NCBI RefSeq assembly: GCF_006345805.1
Contig: NC_043018.1
Span: forward strand, 25,420,001-25,484,000
Direction of reading: 5' to 3'
DNA length: 64,000 bases
Source: Octopus sinensis
Lineage: Eukaryota
In this document: positions 41,641 to 54,782 of the stretch, piece by piece
Layout of the letters: each line of letters starts with the position of its first letter
How positions within the stretch are numbered: the stretch's first letter is position 1
Program-made: the position numbers and the translations under genes
Notes under the pieces: generated by a model
The model's input: only the letters and a program-made list of their open reading frames with translations
What the model was told of the DNA's origin: nothing
The model's database searches: none

Positions 41641-42438
41641 AATAGTATGCAATAATGAAGATATTACAAGTCCTTCATCCCAGTATTCTTTCATTCATTC
41701 ACTGTTTCATATCATCACCATCATTATCATTTTAATGTCTACGTTTCCATGCTTGCCTTAATTAGATGGAGTCTGTTAAGACAGATTCTTTATGGCTGGA
41801 TGCCTTTCCTGTCACCAACCCCTACTGGATTCTAAGCAAGCTAATTGTTTCTCATGGCTGACATCTGTATCATGGAAGACTGGAAACAAGGACATTGATG
41901 GATGCACAAGATCTAAACCAGTTTTCTTAATGCTACAAAGTGGAAAAACATCAGTCCCTACAAGCCAATAAGGAAGTCTCTATGTAGTCACTAGACCCAC
42001 AGAAAATAGCAGCTAAATTTGTTTCAAACCACACCTTACTGTCTTTGTCTAAACCTGTTAGAATTTAACCCTTTAGTGTTTGAACTGGCTGTATCCGGCC
42101 AAAATGTTCTACCCATTTTATGTTCAAACTAGCCAGAACCAGCATCTCACACCTACTCTGTGTGAATAAAGTAATCTGATCACCGAAGCTGTTTCTATAG
42201 ACCAGTAGCTCTAAGACTGGGCTAATGTTACTTCTTGAGATACAGGCAATACCAGTAACAAATTAACAGTTAAATAATTGTCATGTTAAAATATCATTTC
42301 TTCTAGTTTATTATTTCAAGTGGTGGATTATGATTTTTATCTGGAATCTGAATTCAAACCCAACCACTTTTCATGTAACATTTCATCCTTGGTCCAATAC
42401 TGATGTTGATTTGATTTACTGTATGCACCTCTAGTGTA

Positions 42439-43264
42439 CTGTTGCAAACTGTAGCCACTGGCGTCCTGTTGTGAACTTGTAGCCATTGGCGTCCTGTTGT
42501 GAACTTGTAGCCACTGGTGCCCTGCTGTGAACTTGCAGCCACTGGCGTCCTGTTGTGAACTTGTAGCCACTGGCATCCTGCTGTGAACTTGTAGCCACTG
42601 GCGTCCTGTTGTGAACTTGTAGCCATTGGCGTCCTGTTGTGAACTTGTAGCCACTGGTGCCCTGTTGCGAACCTGTAGCCACTGGTGCCCTGTTATGGAC
42701 TTGTAGTCACTGGCGTCCTGTTGCGGACTTGCAGTCACTGGCGTCCTGTTGCGGACTTGCAGTCACTGGCGTCCTGTTGCGGACTTGCAGTCACTGGCGT
42801 CCTGTTGCGGACTTGCAGTCACTGGCGTCCTGTTGCGGACTTGCAGTCACTGGCGTCCTGTTGCGGACTTGCAGTCACTGGCGTCCTGTTGCGGACTTGC
42901 AGTCACTGGCGTCCTGTTGCGGACTTGCAGTCACTGGCGTCCTGTTGCGGACTTGCAGTCACTGGCGTCCTGTTGCGGACTTGCAGTCACTGGCGTCCTG
43001 TTGCGGACTTGCAGTCACTGGCGTCCTGTTGCGGACTTGCAGTCACTGGCGTCCTGTTGCGGACTTGCAGTCACTGGCGTCCTGTTGCGGACTTGCAGTC
43101 ACTGGCGTCCTGTTGCGGACTTGCAGTCACTGGCGTCCTGTTGCGGACTTGCAGTCACTGGCGTCCTGTTGCGGACTTGCAGTCACTGGCGTCCTGTTGC
43201 GGACTTGCAGTCACTGGCGTCCTGTTGCGGACTTGCAGCCATTGGCATGCTGTTACGAACTGTA
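42439..43264. repeat. 28-bp minisatellite (about 29 units, 18 identical core units at 42723-43226)
   Basis: Unit gcggacttgcagtcactggcgtcctgtt; 504 bp equals exactly 18 units; diverged units at both ends. Confidence 0.97.
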
Positions 43265-43710
43265 AACTATACATCATTGGATGTTGTGTCATAAACTATA
43301 GGTACTTGTGCACTATTGTACAAATGTATAAACAGTGTGTGTGTTTATATATATATGTGTGTGTGTGTGTGTTTACACACACACACTTGTATAGTAGTAT
43401 ATAGACAGCAGTATAGTATATACATCAATATAACGAGAAGAGGACTATTCATAGAAATTGATTTGTTTCCTCTTCTCTGTTTCTGGATGCAGCTAATTAA
43501 GTGTTATTTAATGAAATTACAGTGATAATCTTATTGTACAGTGGAGTAGAGTACTGTGTATGTTTAAGCTGACCTCTCCTGGGATAATTGTAGACAGGTC
43601 AATAGAGTTAGGTGTCAGTTGATCTGCATAATGGAATATTTCCCTTACTGCTAACTAGTATGATTTTAAGATGGGAATTCTCTGAAGTATAAAGTTGGTG
43701 AAAGCACTAA

Positions 43711-43750
<40 letters not shown>

Positions 43751-43766
43751 TGCGAGGGTGGAGCTG

Positions 43767-43797
<31 letters not shown>

Positions 43798-44076
43798 AGT
43801 AAATCTAATCAATATTCAAACAAGGCTGCCATCGTCAACTGAATAAGTGCTTGATGATGGCTTTTAGCATTCCTATAGTAGCCATTAATTTTACATGTTA
43901 CTTAACTATTTTTACACACATACACACACACACACAAATGCATATGGGGCATATCAACACATTCTCTTTTCATCCTGTCTGTTGTCCTTCATTCTCTCTC
44001 TTGCTCGCTCTCTCTCTTCACCTTCCAACTGAAAACATAACACTAAATTGTATAACCGCCTTATTCTCTTTAATGC

Positions 44077-44087
<11 letters not shown>

Positions 44088-44121
<34 letters not shown>

Positions 44122-44143
44122 TATTATTATTATTATTATTATA
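44088..44143. repeat. (ATT)n microsatellite
   Basis: Directly visible. Confidence 0.95.
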
Positions 44144-44804
44144 TTTTCACAAGTGCCACAGTTTCTTTACGCAGAGTAATATTTCATTTGCACTCTTGCA
44201 CTCATCTGACTGTCTACTCTGTTTGGCCTGACCTAAGTGCATACAACCACAAGTTTTGCAACAGCAGCATCATATTATGGGTGTACTTGGGAATATTTTA
44301 TAACTTAAACAAAACTGTTAAATGGCTGCGTGGTTAAGAAGCACAGTTTTCAGCTACATGGTTTTGGGTTCAGTCCCACTGTGCAGCACCTTGAGCAAGA
44401 ATCTTCTGCTATAGCACTGGCCTAGTGAATGAATTCGGTAGACAGAAACTGTGTGGAAACCTGTTTTTATGTGTGTCTTTCTGCTATCATTTGACAACCA
44501 GTATTGGTTTGTTTATATCTCTATAACATAGCAGTTTGGCAAAAGAGAATGACAAAATTAAGCCTAAACATAAGAACAAGTAGTGGGACCAATTTGATCA
44601 ACTAAAACTTCTCAAGGCAGTGCTCCAGCATGGCAGCAGTCCAATATCTGAAACAAAAGCTGAAAGATTAAGATAGCCTTGTTTGGTCAAGCTAGTGCAG
44701 GATAACAATAATTTATGACCACCACTTAAGAATCTCAGCTGAATGGATGACTGTCAGAATGATGTGGGCACCTGATGAGAACCCAATGAGGTTCGAAAAT
44801 TGAT

Positions 44805-45614
44805 TAAAGGTAGTGAGCTGGCAGAAACATTAGCACACCGGGCGAAATGCTTAGCTGTATTTCGTCTCTCTTTACATTCTGAGTTCAAATTCTGCCCAGG
44901 TCGACTTTACTTTTCATCCTTTCGAGGTCAGTAAATTAAAGTACCAGTTGCATATTGGAGTTGATCTAATCAGCTGGCCTCCTCCCCCAAAATTTCAGGT
45001 CTTGTGCATAGAGAAGAAAAGAATATCTTATTTGATGATGGTGTATAGGTATTGAATGCCTTTTATGCTAATTATCAGACAGGTACTGGTTGTAATAAAG
45101 TGTAAACTTGGCTGTGTAGTTATGAAGCCTACTTAACAACAGCATGGTTTCAGGTTCAATCCCACTGCTTGACATATTGGACAAGTGTATTTTTCTGTCC
45201 TTGGGTTAACCAATGCCTTGTAAGTGAAATTGGCAGGTGGAAATTGTACTGATACCTGTCGTGTGTGTGTTAATTTTGATTCCATGTGTCTGCATTATTT
45301 AACATTGATGAGTGAAAAGCATTGATTACATTCAACAGTAAACAAACAGTTGCTATGTGTAGACCAATGGATTGAAAAGTTACCTCACTAGCCTTAGGCC
45401 TTAATTAGAAACAATCGTTAGGCATGCCAGGCAAAATGCTTTGCAGCATTTCGTCCATTTTTGTGCTCTTGCTCAAAGGCCGCTGGGGTTGACTTTCCTT
45501 TCATCCTTTTGGGGTCGATAAATTAAGTACCAGCAAAACACTGGGGTCGATGGAATCGACTTATCCTCTTCCCCCCAAAATGCTATCCTTGTGGCAAAAT
45601 TTGAAACCATTATT

Positions 45615-45652
<38 letters not shown>

Positions 45653-46230
45653 TATTATTATTATTTAAGGCATTGAGCTGGTAGAGCCGTTAGCAAGCTG
45701 GGTGAAATGCTTAGCGATATTTCGTCTGCTGCTACATTCTGAGTTCAAATTTTGCCATGGTCAACTTTGCCTTTTATCCTTTCGGGGTGAATAAGTACCA
45801 GTTACGCACTGGGGTCAATGTAATTTTCAAGGCCTTGTGCCTAGAATAGAAATGTTATTATGGCAGCAGGCTGACAGGATTGTTTGCACACTGGACAAAC
45901 TGCTTTCACATTCAGAGTTCAAATCCTGCTGAGGTTGATTTTGCTTTTCATTCTTTTGGGGGTCAACAAAATAATTAACATAGGAGCACTGGTGTTGACA
46001 TAATCAACTAGCCCTTGTGCACAAAAGTTCAGACCTTGTGCCTTTAGTAGAAAGAATTATTATTGAAAGGTGGTGGTTGGCAAAATTTATAAAGCATTGA
46101 AGAAAATACTTTGTAGTATTTGGTTATGTCCTAAGTTCAAACCCCACTGGTCCAACTTTGTCTTTCTCTTGAGGGTTGATAAAAACTCAAATGCTGGAGT
46201 TGGTTAAATTTCCACACTGTTCCCCTTCGG
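44805..46230 (+). mobile_element. Cluster of SINE A-related copies with an intervening SINE B fragment
   Basis: SINE A motifs start near 44808, 45410, 45665, 45865 and 46065. Confidence 0.8.
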
Positions 46231-47202
46231 AAAGTATTAATATTATTAATGATACTATAATGATAAAACTGCTCTGGCAATAGCATCTGTTAACTCTCTC
46301 CTACAACTGGGCCTTCGTTTAGCTGAACTTCTAGGTTTTGGTGGGATTGAAAAAAATATTTTGTTAATGCCTAATGCTAGAACATAGCCATTTTGTGAAT
46401 GAGTGAGAGCTATCAACTGTCTCAATTAACTTGAGTACTAATACCAAAATGTGTTTGTGTGCATTGATCCCCTTACTTTCCACTGTCATGTAGATTCTAG
46501 ATCCAGGATGAATGTTGATATCTTCTCCATCCTAATTCTGCAGATGGCAAAGGATGAAAAGTAATCGGTAACACAGATGAGTAGTTGCCATTCTTGTAAG
46601 TTGACACTATATATTTAGCAGACCCCACACATATTATACAGTTCACTCACTGAAAGATTCTCTCCCTGTTCTGTGCATGCGTTTAACTGTGATGTAGTAT
46701 CATGTTTCTTAGACATGCCTCATATAGCTTTGTTGTACAGAGACCCGAGAGAAATAGTCACTTGATTGTCAACAAAGCACCAGATATCTCTCTCTCCCTC
46801 CCCCTCTCTCTTGTGCTACTTGCTATCTTCTCAGCAAATTCCTTCTACCTGCTTTCTCTTTGTTTTTCTCCACAGTCTACTTATCTCCCTCTCTTTTTCT
46901 GTCTCTTTCTCTCTCTCTTTCTCTTGTCCCACTTCTATGTTTTTCTTCAATTATCTTTGTGTCTGTCTGTACCAAGAAAGTAACCCATATCTTGTTGTTG
47001 GTCATTATTCTCTAACTTTGTATAATAATTCTGAAGCAACCATTGTCTGTCCTAAGCAAATTAATTACTCAATCCTTGGCAAAGTATTCATACTGAAATG
47101 TGCAAATAAGTAAAGCATGCTGGCTGTTTGAATAAGGGACCACTAGAAATAACAGCTAAATCTCCCCTAAATAACATCCTACTGTATTAAAATAGCACAT
47201 AT

Positions 47203-47752
47203 TAACTCTTTAGCATTCAGATTACTCTGTCAAATGTAATGCTTATTTATTCATGTTTTGAATTAACCATACATTATCTGCATAGCTTTGAGATTTCAAT
47301 GATGTGACTTTATTTTTAGAATGACATTGTAAGGTAGTGTGAGAGGCTGGATCTGGCCAATTTGAACATAAAACTATTGAAATCGTAGATATCCCTAAAA
47401 AACAAGATAAACAAGGCTCAAGTGTGTCTATAAATTTTGACTCGGTGGGGTGGGGTTTAAACAATTTTGAATCTATGAAACTGTATGCACTCTTATGGTT
47501 AAGACAGTCGTCTGACCCATTTCAATTTCAACACCACAAATGCATCAGTTAGATGGAGGAGGTGGTTGAGATGGTCTCACCACATTACTGTATTAATCAT
47601 GCATTATCTTGTAGCTTTGAGATTTCTATGATGTAGTCATTTGTTTTTAGAATGACATTGTAAGGTAATTGTGAGAGGCTGGATCTAGCTAGTTTGAATA
47701 TAAAACAGAATATCTGGGCCAGGTATGGCCATTTAAATACTTATGTGTTAAC
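47203..47752. mobile_element. MITE family A, split and partly duplicated
   Basis: ttaactctttagcattcagattactctg start; the segment ttaatcatgcattatc..ggctggatct recurs at about 47590-47750. Confidence 0.75.
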
Positions 47753-48439
47753 CTGTGCAAATAGTTTGATTTGAAGCCAGTGGCCTACTGGTGGCCCTTC
47801 GGAGATTGTGCTCACTTGAGTGCCATCTATAAACTTGATGGGAAAGAAGAGAATATGGGTTTAAGCACCAACTTATACAACATTTTCCCAAGGAGTTACC
47901 TGTGAATTAGAGACTGGTGACAGGCCATCATCACAAAACCAATTTCACCTTATCTCTTTTATTGTCTGTGGTACTATGCAATGGAAAATGCAGTAAGAAC
48001 CAATACACTGCCTAGTCAGATTGCTTTCAAATGGCAGATTCGGTTACAGGCACCCAAAATTCTGTTCTGGGTTATTGTATAATGAAACCCTAGATTTTGA
48101 CTTGACTGTTCAATTAAGTTGCTAATTCTTGAGATTGGTTTCAGATTTTGGCATCAGGCCAGAAATTTAGTGGGGAGGACCTAAATTGATTAAATTGACC
48201 TCAGTGTTCATCTAGTACTTACTTTATTGACCCTGAAAGGATGGAAGGCAGTCAACCTCAGTGGAATTTGAACCCAGAAAATTAAGAAAGATGAAATACC
48301 ACTAGGCATTTTGCCCAGCATTCTAGTGATTCTACCAACTTGCTACCATTATTAACTCTTGATATTAAGTGATTTTTGGCAGACTAGAACAGTGGACTTT
48401 GCATGTGTTTACTTGTATCTAGAAAGGCTTCATTATTTT

Positions 48440-48852
48440 AACTCCTTTAGTATTTAAACCTAACCATATTCAGCCCAAATATTCTTGTTTTATGTTCAAA
48501 CCAGCTGGATCCAGCCTCTCATACCTACCCAGCAATGTCATTCTAAAAATAGTCACATTGAAATCTCAAAGCTATGAGATAATGCATTATATGAATAAGC
48601 ATTACATTTGACAAAGTAATCTGAATGCTAAAGTATTAAACTAGCCATACCTAATCAAGATATTCTACTTGTTTTAATGTTCAAACTAGCTGGATCCAGC
48701 CTCTTGTACCAACACAGCAATGTCATTCTAAAAAATAAACGGTCACCTCGTTGAAATCTCAAGGCTACAAGATAATTCAGAATGAATTCAGAACAACATG
48801 AATAAATAAGTATTACATTTGACAGAAACATTCTGAAAGCTAAAAGGTTAAT
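48440..48852. mobile_element. Two tandem MITE family A copies
   Basis: Both carry gctggatccagcctc..cagcaatgtcattctaaaaa; the array ends aaaaggttaa. Confidence 0.75.
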
Positions 48853-50090
48853 TAATCCTTGAACATTCATGAAATCCCTAGAGAATTATTGACCACCTAA
48901 CATTCTGTATCACATGGGAACAGAAGGACAATCATTTCACTTGACCAGCACATCTTCCTCGCCACTTCCTTACACACCAGCAGCTCTTGGTAGTCTTCGA
49001 TCTACTGTATAACTGTCCACCTCTTGCTTTCTTTAATTACAACTGCATTTATCTTTTATCTCTCCTCCATCCTGCTGGTATGATGGTGGGGGAGTAGAGC
49101 AGTGCTCATAACCCTTCTAGTCTCTGTAAGGGATAAGAGCAACTCAATGGGCGAAGTCGGTGCAGCCAATGTTGTATGTGTACCGGTGTAGGTCAGTGGG
49201 TCAAGAGTCAGGGAATTTCCTGTATGGAGTAGTTTTGAGGCAGGGAGGATTTGGGATATGTGTCATGCTCAGGACAGAAGAAAATGGAGAGATAAGACAC
49301 AAGAATGGCTGTGTGCTGAACAAGCTTGCTTCCTAATCATGTGGTCTCAGGTTCATTCCCGCTGAGTGGTACTTTCCAGCAAATGTTTTTCTATTATAGA
49401 CCTGGGCTGACCAAAGCCTTGTCAGTGGATTTGGGTGATGAAAACTGAAAGAAGCCTTTGTGTTTGTGTGTGTTGTAACAACATGGTTGTAAACAAGCAT
49501 CACTGTCATACAAGCAATGTTGTTCAGTTCCAGTCTTCAGTAAAAAAAAAAAATGCCATGAGGGAAGGTGACAGGAAAGTATCCAACCACAGAAAATTTT
49601 CTTCAAATTCCATTGGAATTTGGCAAGCATGGAAAAGTAGGCATTGGATGATGATGATGAAAGATAAGTAACATCAAATGGCTTTCAGTAAGGACTACTG
49701 TAGCAGAAGTGCAATAAAATATACACTGGTTGAGTTTTTTTTTTGTTCTTTGAGGGAGAATTGATTGTTATGCTTAGGAGGTTGAACAACCATCCAGAGG
49801 CTCTGTTGTTGGCTTATGACCATTGGTTGTTGAGTCTTAGGTGCACATTCCCTAAATTCCAGTAATGTTCAAGCGTTGTATTTCTTCCTTCCAAGATAGC
49901 ATTTACTTGCTCTAATACCCTCCGCTCTGCACTATATGCTGGCTGTCAAGTTTCTTGCCCCCTTCTCAAATTGTTCCTCTCTTCCTGCTCACCCTTGTCT
50001 AGGAGTGGTTGGTTAGCAGCAACCACTTTACATACTTAGAAGAGGGGGGGGGGAACCTGTTCTGAATCATTAGGCATCTTCCTCCTGTTA

Positions 50091-50445
50091 TGTGATGTAA
50101 GCTGAGGATTGTGATATGACAAGGTGGAGGGTGGTTGTACGTGTGAGAGACGGAGAGGAGAGAGAGAGAGTGAAAGAGAGAAGAGAGAAACAATTGAAGC
50201 AAAAATATATGTAATATGTGATGTGAACTGAAGATCGGTATATGACAAGTGGGTGGATGGTGTGTGTGTGTGTGTGTGTGTGAAACAATTGAAGTAAGGG
50301 TATATAGTGTGTGATGTAAACTGAAGACTGGTGCTTGACAGGGTGTAGATGGTGTGTGTGAAACAATTAAAGCAAGGGTTTATATGTGACGTAAACTGGA
50401 GTCTGGTTTATGACAAGGTAGTGGATTGCATATGTGCGTATATAT
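50091..50445. repeat. Four-unit minisatellite with a variable internal microsatellite
   Basis: Core tgtga[tc]gt[ag]a[ag]ctg..gaca[ag]g at about 50091, 50217, 50310 and 50385. Confidence 0.8.
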
Positions 50446-50623
50446 GTGAATCTGTTGAAGCAATCGTGTATTGTATACATACAATTAAAAGATGGGTATT
50501 GTTTTATATATATATATATATAATAACAAAGGGTAAAATTAATTAATTAAGAAGTAATCAATAATTTCACCAAGTAGAATTCGGCATGAAAAAAGGACCA
50601 TTTCATGGTAAACTTAAGTAATA

Positions 50624-50759
50624 CTTAATAATTAGGGTTCAGCAAAGATTTGCTTTACCACATACCGAAGTTGGCTGCTATAACTAACGTTTTTTTGGCT
50701 GCTATTTCTAAACTTCGCTATGTGGTAAAGCAAATCTTTGCTGAACCCTAATTATTAAG
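50624..50759. repeat. Foldback hairpin: 49-bp arms (1 mismatch), 38-nt spacer
   Basis: 50624-50672 is the reverse complement of 50711-50759. Confidence 0.95.
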
Positions 50760-51871
50760 CATATATATATATATAATGAAAACTGAGGACTGATATATGG
50801 CATGGTGAATAGTTTGTGTGTGTATGAAATAATTAATGTAAGGGTGGTAATTATAACATCAACAACAAATGATGGCAAGATACTGATTAAAGAATGAATG
50901 TTTAGGAAGTGAACAGTGTGACATCTCTCAGATTACGTTGACATTGTGACTCATAGCTATGGGCATATTGGTAATCTATATTTGAACTTGAGGTATAATT
51001 AGTTATAATATTATTAGCATCGTGTGTGTGTGTGTGTGTGTGTGTAAATAAGCATGGGAGTTAAAGAAAGTGGCGATTCTTTCTCTCACTCTTTCTCTAT
51101 CTATCCCTCCATACACACATAACACTTGTTTTTTACTGTTTTCAATCTTTGGGCTATGGTTGTGTTGGAGTACCACGTTGAAAAGTTTTTGTCAAATAGA
51201 CAAATAGATCCCCCTGAGCCACCTTTCTTGAACTGCTTAGTTAAAATTTAAACAAACCAGTACCATTTGTCAAGTGGTTACACACACACACACACACACA
51301 CACATGCATGCATATATATATATATACAGTGGGCTTCCACACAGTTGCTGTCTACCAGACTCATTGTGTGACTGAATCTGAAGCTGTCTGGTTGCAATTG
51401 CAAAGCAAGCTTCTTAACTATGCAGGCATACATGTGCATACACAGACAGTATGTATATAGTATTTTAATTATGTCTATGGTATATACTGAACTGGACTTT
51501 TCGTGCAAGCTCCTTTGGCTACCCCTTATGACATGCAGTGATATTGTGGGTCTTTTCTGAAATCCAGGCTACACACAGTATTAGAATAAGTATAATTAAA
51601 AAAATAATTATTAAAGTAAGGAAGGAGAAACTATTATAATTATTAAAATATATAATTCAGTTTTGTCTGTGCAACAAACATTTAACGTCTGTACTTTGTA
51701 CTCTTTCACTTGTTCCACAACTTATTTCAGTCTTGTACTTGTTTTATCAATCTCTATTGACTGGGTTAAAGTAACCTTTTGATATAAAAAGATGCAACCC
51801 AATGCACCATTGTATATCAGTGTGTATACATTTGTCCTTCAGAGCAATGAGGACCATCCAGTCGGCTTTAA

Positions 51872-52300
51872 CCTTAGCATTCAGATTCCTCTGTCATATA
51901 TAATGCTTATTTACTCACATTGAATTAGCCCTTTTGTTACTGTATTTATTTTGAGATGCTCTGTGTTTCTTTCAATTACTTTAAATATAACAAAGAATTT
52001 AGTAAAATAACTTAGTTATCATTAAGCTAGTGTTAGGAACATAAATGTGACTAAGGTTTGGTGGAAGATTTTAATTCAAAACTTATGAAAACAAGACATT
52101 TGTACTCAGAGCCAGAGGTGGTTTCAGTCGGGTTGGTAATGAAAGGGTTAATCCTGCATTATCTGATAGCTTTGAGATTTTGAAGGTGTGATTTGTTTTT
52201 AGAATGACATTGTAAGGTGTGTGAGAGGCTGGATCTGGCCAGTTTGGATGTAAACCAGAAGAATATTTGGGCCTGATATGCTAGTTTAAATGCTAAAGGT
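51872..52300. mobile_element. MITE family A with MITE family B (51929-52147) nested at its internal TTAA
   Basis: Inner termini cccttttgttac / gtaatgaaaggg flanked by ttag/ttaa; the outer halves rejoin to the MITE A sequence. Confidence 0.85.
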
Positions 52301-53224
52301 TTAAGGATGACTGATGGCTTGCACTGAGGCTTTGTTTAAAGTGAAGAAGGGTTGTGTACCATCAACCTCACGCTTTCATCTGTGACCATCTTCAATGCCA
52401 AGACTAGGTCAGGCAACTAGGGATGGAAGTGGGTGCAGTAGATGATCAATATGACTTAATTACCTTGTCTTGCTCTCTGCACTCTACACTACTGCAGTTG
52501 CCTTCCCCTCCATTGAACCATGACGATCTCTTCCACAGTCTGCCAGACCTAGTCTTCACATGCATAGGCAGGCAAGACTTAAAATGCCAATTAGCTATAG
52601 CTGAGATCCTGATAGCCATTACTTCTCTAGGCCACATGCACACACTTTCTCACACATTTTATGGGCTTCTGCACATTTTCCATCTACCAAATTCCACTTA
52701 GGGGTGTTAGGTCAATCAGGGGCTACAGTAAAAGACACTTGCCCAATGAACCTCACAGTGTGATTGAACTCTGTACCATGAGATTGCAAAGTGAATTTCT
52801 TAACCAATTCAGCTATGCCTGCACTTGCTCTCGCTCTTTCTCTGAACAATTCTTAATTGTAATGATTATCTAATCCTGTTACATTACATCATCTCAAATA
52901 TGCTGATCTATTGTAAAATAATGCTCTACTCTGTCTTGTTTTGTGTTGTGTGAGTGATCATAGATAGATGTATAGAAAAGGAATAATTTCTATTGATTTG
53001 TCAGTTAAAAGATCTTGTTGTTTTGTGATTTGTTGCCTAACCACTTTGTGTGTGTGTAGGCACAGGTATGGCTGTGTGGTAAGAAGTTTGGCTTTCCAAC
53101 CACATGATTTGGGGGTTCAGTCCCAGTGTGTAGTACTTTGGGGCAAGTGTCTCCTACTTAGCCTTAGGCCGACCAGTTTCATGGGTAGATTTGTTTGATG
53201 GGAACTGAAAGTGGTCCATTGTGC

Positions 53225-53260
<36 letters not shown>

Positions 53261-53309
53261 GTGAGAGAGTTGGTGTGTGAAAGCACGTGGTTGGATGTAT
53301 AAAAAATAA

Positions 53310-53471
53310 GAGTGAAAAAACTACAGAAGGCTTGTGTTATAAGGTTAAAGAATATATTTAAGTCGTTATGTCCAAAAACTGTTTTGGACAATTTTATAAC
53401 AGTTTTCTAACATAACGACTTAAATATATTCTTTAACCTTCTAACACAAGCCTTCTGTAGTTTTTTCACTC
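53310..53471. repeat. Foldback hairpin: 62-bp arms (1 mismatch), 38-nt spacer
   Basis: 53310-53371 is the reverse complement of 53410-53471. Confidence 0.95.
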
Positions 53472-53709
53472 CTTTTTATGTTATATATATATATATATAA
53501 TATATGTATATATAATATATATATATATATGTATATATATATATGTATATATATGTATATATATGTATATATATATATATATATATTGCATGTGCTTACT
53601 CTCTCGCCTTCCCCCTCACTTTGTATGTGTGCTTTTCTTTTCTTTACTTTTTTTGCTGATTAACTGTTCAACAATAGATGTTGTTAACTTCAGTCAAGCT
53701 GTCTATTAA

Positions 53710-54782
53710 CCCTTTTGTTACCAAACCGCCCGAAAAAAATTTTGGTTAATGTGACCAAACCGCCCAAACCCGCCCGTATTTACCTATTCATATTTAAATG
53801 AGAATATCAGAGCAAATCTCTTTAGTACATTCGTGAAAACACGTATCATACTTCGTAAACAGTTCAATTACAGTTTTGTACAATAATCGAAGTGTAATTT
53901 TAATTCCGTGAATTTTGGGAGATTTTTTTCCTAAATTTGTTCCTATTGTGTTTTCAAAATTTGTAATTCTGACAAAAAATGGATACGAATTTCATTATAT
54001 CAAGCAGCGAGTCTGAATTCGAAGGATTTTCTACTGAAGACCTTGATAAATCTAACTCTATGACTGAAAAAAAAAGCACGTGGTATTTGATAATGAATCT
54101 GATGTTTCATTTTCCGAAAGTGAAAACAGTGAATCCGAGAGCTCCGACAGTGATAAAGAAAATGAATTGGCACCTGAATGGAGTGAAAATTTAAAAACTG
54201 TTTCTTTGTGATTTTTCTGAAGAAACTGGACCAAGCCACAGACTTTCCCAGAAGAGTAAAGCCTTAGACTATTTCTTTTTATGTTTTTGAATGAGCCTAT
54301 TTGAAATCATTACGGCAGAAATGAACCGTTGCGCTAAATGTAAACAAAGCGAAAGAAAGGATAGTTAGTGGTTTCCCATAACCTTAAATGAAATTAAGAC
54401 TATTTTGCCATAAATATTATTATGGGTATCAGAAAGTTACCCAGAATAACAAATTCTATCGTAAAATTTTGTTGTATACCCAATTGAATATTAGCTAATA
54501 ACCCATTTTCTATAGCGATGTTTGAACAAAATTTTAATAATTTTATATTTTGTTGAATTTACCTGTATCTACCTGCAATTAGAGTCACTTTGTGACAAAA
54601 ATTATAGTATAGAATTGGTTGAGAACATTTCATTAAATTATCTTCCAAAATTCACGTTAATATATTGATAAATAAAAAAGTTATAGTTGTTTAATGAAAC
54701 CAGACTAAATTTATGATTATGTTAGAAATTAATTGAAACACATAAGGGGTGTATTTTGGTCAGAAATATAGTAACGAAAGGG
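53710..54782 (+). mobile_element. Internally deleted piggyBac element with a PGBD-type transposase 5' remnant
   Basis: TTAA TSDs (53706-53709, 54783-54786); TIRs cccttttgttac / gtaacgaaaggg. The frameshifted ORF from 53979 has an acidic Ser-rich N-terminus, then EWSENL..KALDYFF..YFAINIIMGIRKLPRIT, typical of piggyBac transposases. An empty-site copy of the flanks is at 56728-56873. Confidence 0.9.

Noticed and set aside
42439-43264. CRISPR-like array
   Set aside because: The units are head-to-tail with no unique spacers, the context is eukaryotic and there are no cas genes.
42657-43404. The longest ORFs in the track (181-239 aa, Cys-rich repeats)
   Set aside because: They are an artefact of a 28-bp minisatellite lacking stop codons; all three frames give the same peptide, and there is no gene context.
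52330-52650. Possible RTE LINE 3' fragment on the minus strand
   Set aside because: The resemblance (HVKTRSG, HGSMEGK) is too weak and fragmented to support without a search.
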